A stretch of 29,254 nucleotides of DNA from a virus (taxonomy: Duplodnaviria; Caudoviricetes). The DNA lies in IMG/VR virus record IMGVR_UViG_3300017766_004283, positions 1 through 29,254 of that record. One strand, written 5' to 3'. The notes below the pieces were generated by a model. The model was not told where the DNA came from. It worked only from the letters and a program-made list of their open reading frames with translations, and ran no database searches. Positions 8,231 through 15,700 of this stretch are shown piece by piece (position 1 is the first letter of the stretch; the number at the start of each line of letters is the position of its first letter). Made by a program: the position numbers and the translations under genes.

Positions 8231-10108
8231 ATGGCATATCAAGGTATAGTTACTGCTACAGGTAGTGCGGATAGTTTATATCAAGGAGCACTGAAAATTA
8301 ATAGTAATTTTCAGGAACTTTATAATGCTATTGGTGATGGAAGTGCTTTAACTCTAACTCAAAACCGTTCAATTAATACAGGAGCTGGTTTAACTGGAGG
8401 AGGAGATTTAAGTGCAGATAGAACTCTTGAGGTTGATGCCACTGTAGTGAGAACTTCGGGAACACAAACAATAGGAGGATCCAAAACTTTTTCAAGTGGA
8501 GTTACAATTAATTCCGGTGGATTGACGGCAAATTCACAAACAATTACTGCAGGTATTTTTTCTGGATCCAGTGTCAGCGTAACAGGGAACATAAATGCAG
8601 GTATTTTTTCTGGATCCAGTGTCAGCGTAACAGGGAACATAAATGCAGGTATTTTTTCTGGATCCAGTGCCAATCTAACAGGAATCATAACTTCAGGTGG
8701 AGTTACAATTAATTCCGGTGGATTGACGGCAACTTCACAAACAATTACTGCAGGTATTTTTTCTGGATCTAGTCTCAATCTAACAGGAAACATAACTTCA
8801 GGTGGAGTTACAATTAATTCCGGTGGATTGACAGCAACTTCACAAACAATTACTGCAGGAACTTTTTCTGGATCCAGTGTCAGCGTAACAGGAAACATAA
8901 CTTCAAGTGGAGTTACAATTAATTCCGGTGGATTGACAGCAACTTCACAAACAATTACTGCAGGAACTTTTTCTGGATCCAGTGTCAGCGTAACAGGAAA
9001 CATAGATGCAAATGGTGTAAATCTTGGGTCTGTTGCTACAGGATATTATGGTGATAACACTAACTTAGCACTTAGAGTTCCAACTGGTGGTGGAGGATTA
9101 TATATCCAATCGCCTTCTCCAGGAGAAACTACTTGGGCATTATTTAGATCGACAAGAACCGATTTTAACAATAATATTTACGCACCTGGATTTATTGACA
9201 GTGAAGATAACAATTGGTATGTGAATCCTAGTGGAAATAGCAGAATTGTAGAACTTCACATTAATGGATCCATTCCAGGTCAAGATCCTGCAGTATTTGG
9301 TTCAGGAGGTTTTGGTGGAAGATTGTTTTCTGGTGGTTATGACATGGCAGCAGCTGGCGTCCCACTAAGAATTAACAGAACAGCTGGCAATGGACTTGCA
9401 GTATCAATTAAAAAAAATGGAAATAATGTAGGTAATATCGATATTACTAGTGATGATAATGTCAATTTCACTTCATTTATGGGATCACACTGGTCTTGTC
9501 TTGAAAATAGAGAAAAACCAGATATTTTAGTGGGAACTATACTGGAAACTATTGATGAATTGGTAGAATGGAAAATTATTGAATTTGATTATTTTGATGA
9601 ATTATTAGATGATTATCGCAAAAAGAGAATTCCTTATAATGGAAATCTGGAAATTAATTCTGAAATTGAATTTACATACGATGATCAACAATATACAGGA
9701 ATTATTAAATTAGAACAACAAGAACTAGAAAATGTTTATGATGTTTATAATGAGGCATTAAATAAGCATGTAAAAGTAAAAGTAAGTGATACCATTGGAT
9801 CTTCTGCAGTCTTTGGGGTATTTATTAGTTGGGATAATAATGTTGATATGGAAAGGGAAGATGAGCATAAAGTCGAACCTTGGAAAGATCTAAATGTTGG
9901 AGCAATTGGAAATTATTTTGTTAGAATCGCACCAGATCAAGTTGTAAATATTGGTGATCTGATTGAATCAAATGGTGATGGATGTGGTAGAGTTCAGAGT
10001 GATGATATTATTAGAAGCAAAACAGTTTGTAAAGTTACATCTACGATCAAACAAAGAGTTTATGGTGATGGATCTTATCTGGTGACTGCTGTTCTATATT
10101 GTGGATGA
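8231..10108 (+). CDS. Tail fibre protein: gp9-like N-terminus, tandem shaft repeats, C-terminal intramolecular-chaperone-like domain
   Basis: ADSLYQGALKINSNFQELY N-terminus, GAGLTGGGDLSADRTL fibre motif, 35-aa repeats. C-terminal FMGSHWSCL...GDLIESNGDGCGRVQSDDIIRSKTVCKV...LYCG. Confidence 0.72.
   Translation: MAYQGIVTATGSADSLYQGALKINSNFQELYNAIGDGSALTLTQNRSINTGAGLTGGGDLSADRTLEVDATVVRTSGTQTIGGSKTFSSGVTINSGGLTANSQTITAGIFSGSSVSVTGNINAGIFSGSSVSVTGNINAGIFSGSSANLTGIITSGGVTINSGGLTATSQTITAGIFSGSSLNLTGNITSGGVTINSGGLTATSQTITAGTFSGSSVSVTGNITSSGVTINSGGLTATSQTITAGTFSGSSVSVTGNIDANGVNLGSVATGYYGDNTNLALRVPTGGGGLYIQSPSPGETTWALFRSTRTDFNNNIYAPGFIDSEDNNWYVNPSGNSRIVELHINGSIPGQDPAVFGSGGFGGRLFSGGYDMAAAGVPLRINRTAGNGLAVSIKKNGNNVGNIDITSDDNVNFTSFMGSHWSCLENREKPDILVGTILETIDELVEWKIIEFDYFDELLDDYRKKRIPYNGNLEINSEIEFTYDDQQYTGIIKLEQQELENVYDVYNEALNKHVKVKVSDTIGSSAVFGVFISWDNNVDMEREDEHKVEPWKDLNVGAIGNYFVRIAPDQVVNIGDLIESNGDGCGRVQSDDIIRSKTVCKVTSTIKQRVYGDGSYLVTAVLYCG
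8490..9003 (+). repeat. Nested tandem repeat: four 105-bp units; the first carries two extra 48-bp subunits
   Basis: GGAGTTACAATTAATTCCGGTGG recurs at 8498, 8699, 8804 and 8909 (spacings 201 = 105+2x48, 105, 105). Copies are near-identical at DNA level. Confidence 0.92.
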
Positions 10109-10189
10109 GGAAACGCTTTCATACGCAGATCCACTTATTCTCTTTTCTTGGTATTGTTTGGACTGAACTAATATTTGAATGAACGATAA

Positions 10190-10197
10190 AATAAATA
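10190..10197 (+). promoter_or_regulatory. Late promoter variant (AATAAATA)
   Basis: Upstream of a GGAG Shine-Dalgarno and ATG 10219. Confidence 0.5.
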
Positions 10198-10218
10198 TAA
10201 AATAACGGAGAAAATTAA

Positions 10219-10722
10219 ATGAGTACTTTAAGTCAGTTTATAGGAAATGGAACGATTCCTATTGGTGGAATTATTATGTGGTCGGGAAGTGTTGCTACTA
10301 TTCCAACAGGATGGGCTCTTTGTAATGGATCAAATGCAACTCCAGATTTAAGAGAAAGATTTATTGTTGGTGCTGGTGGAGACAACTCCACCGTAGCAGG
10401 AACAACAGGATATAATCCAGGAGATAATGGTGGTGCTAATACCGTTGCTCTTACAACAGCACAAATGCCTTCTCACGATCACGGTGGAGTCACTGGTGCT
10501 GACGGAGCACATACCCACCTTACATCACAAAATTATGTGTATGGTTTAGGATCAAGTGGAAGACAGAGTGGTGGAGCAAATGCAGTACAGACTTATAGTG
10601 AAACAAACACCATGAATTTGGCACCAGCTCACACTCATACAATTTCCGCACAAGGTGGAGGAGAAGCACACGAAAACAGACCTCCATATTTTGCTCTGGC
10701 ATTTATTATGAGGATCGCTTGA
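10219..10722 (+). CDS. Phage tail-collar domain protein (short fibre-tip type)
   Basis: IPIGGIIMWSG...IPTGWALCNG...TPDLRERFIVGAG collar motif, HxH metal-binding repeats (HDH, HTH, HTH), ending HENRPPYFALAFIMRI. Confidence 0.88.
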   Translation: MSTLSQFIGNGTIPIGGIIMWSGSVATIPTGWALCNGSNATPDLRERFIVGAGGDNSTVAGTTGYNPGDNGGANTVALTTAQMPSHDHGGVTGADGAHTHLTSQNYVYGLGSSGRQSGGANAVQTYSETNTMNLAPAHTHTISAQGGGEAHENRPPYFALAFIMRIA

Positions 10723-10747
10723 CATCCACCCCAGGACCTGCTATGAT
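10719..10747 (+). promoter_or_regulatory. Sigma70-type early promoter TTGACA-N17-TATGAT with extended -10 TG
   Basis: TTGACA 10719-10724, 17-nt spacer, TG at 10739-10740, TATGAT 10742-10747. Heads the small-ORF/tRNA island. Confidence 0.8.
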
Positions 10748-10773
10748 ACTTGGGTAATCACGAAACGAACCGA

Positions 10774-10956
10774 ATGCAAGATGAGTACCTATCTCGTTGT
10801 GTCGTAGACCCTCTTAAGCGTACTGTATATCTTTACTCCAGTGAAGGGTCAGAAAAACAAGTGTCATGTGATACTCTCCAAGAATTTATGAATGTGCTAC
10901 AATTTGTTCGTGCAACAGTCGATGAAAGCACTCTTTCTTATGTAAATCCTCTATGA
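10774..10956 (+). CDS. Small hypothetical cyanophage protein (MQDEYLSRCVVDP...)
   Basis: ATG 10774 chosen because the TTG at 10750 lies at or before the predicted transcription start. ATGA-coupled to the next ORF. Confidence 0.7.
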   Translation: MQDEYLSRCVVDPLKRTVYLYSSEGSEKQVSCDTLQEFMNVLQFVRATVDESTLSYVNPL

Positions 10957-11132
10957 GACCAGAAACAAAACAATCAATGGAAATGCTGTTTTCAGCAAAA
11001 TGGAATGTTCCAACTGCAGCAGCAAACTGTAATCTTACAAATAAAGAAATGAAGATTACATTTAATGAATATTGTCGTTTACATCCTGCTACTTATGTGG
11101 TAGAATGTGACAGCCAACTCAATCTTTTTTGA
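10953..11132 (+). CDS. Small hypothetical protein, 59 aa (MRPETKQSMEMLFSAKWNVPTAAANCNLTNKEMKITFNEYCRLHPATYVVECDSQLNLF)
   Basis: Read by hand and missing from the ORF track. ATGA overlap with the previous ORF; stops 9 nt before tRNA-Leu. Confidence 0.72.
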   Translation: MRPETKQSMEMLFSAKWNVPTAAANCNLTNKEMKITFNEYCRLHPATYVVECDSQLNLF

Positions 11133-11141
11133 GTTTTTTAT

Positions 11142-11225
11142 GCGAGTATGGTGGAATCGGTAGACACACCAGACTTAAAATCTGTTGGGAGTAATCCCGT
11201 GGGAGTTCGAGTCTCCCTACTCGCA
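11142..11225 (+). tRNA. trnL: tRNA-Leu (anticodon UAA), type II variable arm, CCA not encoded
   Basis: Acceptor GCGAGTA/TACTCGC+A, D-loop GG, anticodon loop CTTAAAA, variable arm GGGA-GTAA-TCCC, T-arm GGGAG-TTCGAGT-CTCCC. Confidence 0.96.
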
Positions 11226-11274
11226 TTAGAGGAAACAAACAACCTCTAAATAAACAAAAGTAGGAAAAGTTCCT

Positions 11275-11544
11275 ATGAAGTACAGAATTGATGCCAGGTA
11301 TTGTTGGTATAATAAGGGAACCCAAATTGTTCTGATGTACTTTATAAACCAAGTTCCATTCACTTTTGATGAACTTCCAGATGATTCAATTTACGATCTG
11401 GAATTAATCAAATTAGCAGACACAGAAAGAAGATTTGAACCAGAGGATTTATATAGAACATCATTCTATTTGATTGATGAAGAATGTCATCCTCTTATGT
11501 TTGAACTTGAACTGGAAAATCCAGAAATGTTGCCTGTTGATTAA
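11275..11544 (+). CDS. Small acidic hypothetical cyanophage protein
   Basis: 89 aa ORF filling the space between the two tRNAs, preceded by TCTAAATA (11245-11252) and AGGA. Confidence 0.75.
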   Translation: MKYRIDARYCWYNKGTQIVLMYFINQVPFTFDELPDDSIYDLELIKLADTERRFEPEDLYRTSFYLIDEECHPLMFELELENPEMLPVD

Positions 11545-11547
11545 TTT

Positions 11548-11620
11548 GCTGGTGTAACTCAATTGGTAGAGTAATTCTTTTGTAAGGAATAAGTTGCAGG
11601 ATCGTGCCCTGTCACCAGCT
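11548..11620 (+). tRNA. trnT: tRNA-Thr (anticodon UGU), CCA not encoded, atypical T-loop
   Basis: Acceptor GCTGGTG/CACCAGC+T, D-arm ACTC/GAGT, anticodon arm ATTCT-TTTGTAA-GGAAT, T-arm GCAGG-ATCGTGC-CCTGT. Confidence 0.9.
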
Positions 11621-11633
11621 TAACTAAATAATA

Positions 11634-11684
11634 ATACCTGAATGACGGCAATCTTCAGGGGGAGGGTGAAAGTCCCTCCTTTTT
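11634..11684 (+). ncRNA. Putative ~50-nt small RNA (hairpin plus intrinsic terminator) antisense to the leader of the downstream HNH gene
   Basis: ACTAAATA (11623-11630), then stem CCTGAA/TTCAGG (11637-11642/11654-11659) and a terminator. 11641-11652 is the exact reverse complement of 11697-11708. Confidence 0.55.
11659..11684 (+). terminator. Rho-independent terminator
   Basis: GGAGGG-TGAAAGT-CCCTCC stem-loop followed by TTTTT. Confidence 0.8.
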
Positions 11685-11686
11685 AG

Positions 11687-11694
11687 TATAAATA
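11687..11694 (+). promoter_or_regulatory. Consensus T4 late promoter TATAAATA for the HNH gene
   Basis: Perfect consensus 26 nt upstream of ATG 11721. Confidence 0.75.
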
Positions 11695-11720
11695 GTATTG
11701 CCGTCATTTAGAGTAGAACT

Positions 11721-12340
11721 ATGCCAAATTGGTCAGAGGAAGGATTTCAGCGTATAATTGATGCTGGAAAAAGAAGTGCTTTAATTTCCAAAGAAAGGTC
11801 TAAAAAACTTCAAGAAGAGTATTATAAAAATCCAAAATTATGTTTAAATTGCAAAACTGTAATATCTTATGAAAAAAAAAATCATCTAACAAATATTGTT
11901 GCCGTTCTTGTTCAATACAAGTAAATAATAGAAAAAGAACAAAATCAGTTGAGAAGAATTGCCTTCACTGCAATAACATATTAGGAAAATCTGCAATTAA
12001 ATTTTGTTCTAATAAATGCCAAAGAGAATATGAATATTCTCAAAGAGTTTCTATGTGGGTAAATGGGAATTATTTAATAAAATCAAGAGATTTTTTTAGA
12101 AGATACTTAACAGAAACACAAGGATATAAGTGCTCTTGTTGTAATATAAGTGAATGGAATGGAAAATCAATTGTTTTGGAGATAGACCATATAGATGGAA
12201 ACTCTGATAATAATAGACCAGAAAATTTGAGATTTATCTGTCCAAATTGTCATTCACAAACTGATACATACAAAGCAAGAAATGTGGGTAAAGGAAGACA
12301 TTATAGGAGAGAAAGATATGCTGCTGGACAAAGTTACTAA
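11721..12340 (+). CDS. HNH (homing-type) endonuclease with N-terminal Cys-rich zinc-binding repeats; frameshifted at A10 (11872-11881)
   Basis: Adding one A joins ORFs 11721..11924 and 12053..12340 into about 206 aa: CLNC...YCCRSC...CLHC...FCSNKC...CSCC...LEIDHIDGNSDNNRPENLRFICPNCHSQT. May be a pseudogene or a homopolymer sequencing error. Confidence 0.85.
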
Positions 12341-12353
12341 ATTATGATAGAAT
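12325..12353 (+). promoter_or_regulatory. Sigma70-type early promoter TGGACA-N17-TAGAAT with extended -10
   Basis: -35 at 12325-12330 inside the HNH 3' end, TG at 12345-12346, -10 at 12348-12353, upstream of ATG 12377. Confidence 0.6.
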
Positions 12354-12376
12354 AATCAAAGAGATAAAACTCCAAA

Positions 12377-12571
12377 ATGTCATTAATTTCACAAAAAGAC
12401 CGAGAACTTGCTATTGAAGCGTTAGAGCATTATAAGACACAAATTCCACTAACCATTACTATGGGAGAACTTGTTTCTGATACCGTCATCAAACAAGACG
12501 AACAAAAAATGATGGAGCTAAACGCTCTAATCAATTGGATCAAATTGGAGTATCAAAAGAATGAACATTAA
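12377..12571 (+). CDS. Small hypothetical cyanophage protein
   Basis: 64 aa helical ORF (MSLISQKDRELAIEALEHY...LNALINWIKLE). Confidence 0.72.
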   Translation: MSLISQKDRELAIEALEHYKTQIPLTITMGELVSDTVIKQDEQKMMELNALINWIKLEYQKNEH

Positions 12572-12725
12572 ACTCTGGTATTGCGAGTCCATGAAGCAAT
12601 GGCGTTGGACTCTCACAGACAGTTCACGACCTATCATCAAACAAGAATCTGGACAACAGCCAGATCTTCGTGCAGCAATGAATGATGTTGCAAATACTGT
12701 AGAATACTTGATGGTAAAAGAATAA
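12561..12725 (+). CDS. Small hypothetical protein, 54 aa (MNIKLWYCESMKQWRWTLTDSSRPIIKQESGQQPDLRAAMNDVANTVEYLMVKE)
   Basis: Read by hand and missing from the ORF track. GGAG at 12547-12550 upstream; overlaps the previous ORF. Confidence 0.75.
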   Translation: MNIKLWYCESMKQWRWTLTDSSRPIIKQESGQQPDLRAAMNDVANTVEYLMVKE

Positions 12726-12752
12726 TAAATCATCTAATTGTTTTTTTCTTAT

Positions 12753-12760
12753 GATAAATA
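12753..12760 (+). promoter_or_regulatory. Late promoter (GATAAATA) within the loop of an inverted repeat
   Basis: Flanked by TTTCTTATGA (12745-12754) and TCATAAGGAA (12763-12772); upstream of ATG 12787. Confidence 0.6.
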
Positions 12761-12786
12761 AGTCATAAGGAACTCATAGAAATAAG

Positions 12787-15700
12787 ATGGGATTAAGTCG
12801 CCTAGAGAATTTTATTCGTAGTATAAGGGGCAATATCATATATGTTGATCCTAATGCATTAGATTCCACAGATTCGATTGAAAACACTGGAACTTCTCTT
12901 GCAAGGCCATTTAAAACTTTACAAAGAGCTTTAATTGAAGCATCTAGATTTTCGTATCTACCAGGACAAGATAATGATAAATTTGGAAATACTAGTATAT
13001 TATTATATCCTGGAGATCACTTAGTTGATAATCGTCCTGGATTGATTCCAACAGGATCAAATTTCCGTTTCAGAAACGGTTCACCAACATCTGATTTTAC
13101 TCAATTTTCTGCTCAAAGTAATTTTGATTTAACTACAGATAATAATGAATTATATAAACTGAATTCTGTTCATGGTGGCGTAATAGTTCCTAGAGGAACA
13201 TCAATTGTTGGAATGGATCTCCGTAAGACAAAGATCCGTCCAAAATATGTTCCAGACCCAACTGATGATACAGTAGAAAGATCTGCAATTTTTAAAGTTA
13301 CTGGTGCATGTTATCTATGGCAGTTTACAATATTTGATGCAGATCCAAATGGACAATGTTTTTACAATTACAATAATGTAAAAGCTGTTCCCAATTTTTC
13401 ACACCACAAACTCACAGCGTTTGAATATGCTGATGGTGTAAATAATGTTGATTTAAATATCGGTTCTTTTGATAGAACTGATCTTCAAATGTATTATGAA
13501 AAAATTAGTATCGCTTATGGTGATTCTAGCGGAAGAAGAATTGATCCCACATATCCAAATGCAGTTGATATTCAACCAAAGATTGATGAATATAGAATTG
13601 TAGGATCAAAGGGAGAACAAATTGGAATTACTAGCATAACTGCAAGTGGAACTAAGATCACTGTAACTCTTGATGATGATGTCCCATATTTACAAGTAGA
13701 TACTCCAATTCGTATAGACGGAGTTTTGACAACTGGATATAATGGACAGTTTGTTGTCAATGCCGTCGTAGACACAAATAAAATACAATATAATGTTTCA
13801 ACTGCACCAACAATAACAGATGGTGGAAGTGGAGGAACTCTATCAGTTGTAGTTGACACTGTAACTTCTGCTTCGCCTTATATCTTCAACATCTCTCTGA
13901 GATCTGTATATGGAATGTGTGGCTTACATGCAGATGGAAATAAAGCAGATGGATTTAAGAGTATTGTAGTCGCACAATTCACTGGAATTTCGCTACAAAA
14001 AGATAGTAATGCATTTATATTATATAACCCAACCACAGGACTGTATGAAGATAGGACAACCTCATCTACATCAAATCTGTATTCAAATTCTAAATCTAGA
14101 TATAAACTAGGTTATTTAAATTATCATGTAAAAGCAAGTAATGATGCTATTATTCAGGCAGTATCTATTTTTGCTATTGGTTATGCTGAGCATTTTGTAG
14201 CAGAGGCTGGTGGTGATCAATCCATCACAAACTCTAATTCAAATTTTGGTGCAAATTCCTTATCATCTAGGGGATTCAAAACGAGTTCATTTACCAGAGA
14301 TGATGTTGGATATATTACACATATCATTCCACCACAAAAAATAGGATCACAGGAAACTGTAATCTCACCATTCATTGAATTTAATTCTATTGATAGAACA
14401 AAAACATTAGCAGTTGGTAGTTCAAATAGACTATACTTATACAATCAAATTAATGAACTATCAAGACCACAAGTTGTTGTTGATGGATATAGAATTGGTG
14501 CAAAACCAGACGATACTTTAAATGTACTACTTTCTGGTCAGGAATATGGTGCTATCATTGTCATGCAAGGTAGCACTCAGACTAGTTATAGGAAGTCAGC
14601 TAAAGTCAAAAAGAAAATAGATGGAATTAGAAATGAGATTAATTCCAATATTATTACATTAACAGAAGCACATGATTTCGTTAATGGTGAATCTATAAAA
14701 ATAGTGAGTTCTGATGGATCACTACCAAGTGGAATAGAACCAAATAAAATTTACTATGTTATTACAAGTTCTACTCTACCTACATTAACTTCAAGTCAAA
14801 TTAAATTAGCAAAAACATTTAATGACGCTTTAAATGGCGCAAATATAACATCTGCGATAGATCTTTATAGCATTGAAACTGGAAACCTAAAAATAGTAAG
14901 TAAAGTTTCTGATAAAGTTGCTGGAGATCCTGGACATCCAATTCAATGGGATTCCACAAATAATCAATGGTATTTGAGTGTAAAGAGTTCCAATCCAATT
15001 TGGACTGCTTTATCAACATATCCATTTGAAGCTACGCCAAGAACTTACATCAAACGAACAATTGATACTAGAAGTTTAGACGATAAGATATTTAAATTTA
15101 GATATGTTATACCAAAAGATTCTTTGGTAAAAGGTAGACCACCATTAGACGGATATATTATACAAGAGTCTAGTAGTAATATTGGTTCTGACTTTGAACT
15201 TTCTTCTCAGTTTGATTTTGATGTCAATACAATAACTCGAACAGATAATTTTAAAAACATTAGAGTTATTGCAGATGCCAAACACTCTGGTGGTGTTGTA
15301 ACAATCACATCGGAAGTTTCACATAATTTATCAATTGGATCAAAAGTTGATATTAGACAAATTTCTTCATCTGATAATACAACAGCTCAATATAATGCTG
15401 GCTATAATGGAATTTATACAGTAACTGATATTCTAAGTTCAACAGAATTTAAATATAGTACAAATAAATCTCCAGGTACATTCTTAAATAATACTTCTTT
15501 AAGAACTGTAAATCTACCTTACTTTACTCGTAAAAACTATAAACAAACTTATATTGTCTATAGATCACAAGAAGTTCAACCTTACATTAGAGATGTACAG
15601 GATGGAATATATCATATTATAACAATAAACACCTCGAACTCACCGAGGCCAGCTGAATTCTCACAATTAAAATTCAGTCAACCTATTCAATATCTCTACC

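Noticed and set aside
8359-9003. 214-aa minus-strand repetitive ORF
   Set aside because: Antisense shadow of the 105/48-bp fibre repeats.
8490-9003. CRISPR-like or DGR template/variable repeat
   Set aside because: Repeats are contiguous and in frame, with no unique spacers. No cas or reverse transcriptase gene is in the window.
11119-11352. Minus-strand 77-aa ORF
   Set aside because: Antisense to tRNA-Leu; typical spurious ORF.
11621-11710. HDV-like theta ribozyme or HEARO/omega RNA after the tRNA
   Set aside because: The structure does not begin at the tRNA 3' end and no nested double pseudoknot could be built. It is too short for an omega RNA, and the protein shows no RuvC or PLMP motifs.
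11898-11906. Second partial target (GTTGCCGTT) for the putative sRNA loop downstream of the A10 run, as a frameshift stimulator
   Set aside because: Only 7 Watson-Crick pairs plus G-U, 16 nt from the slip site, and explained by Cys-Cys-Arg codons; chance is likely.
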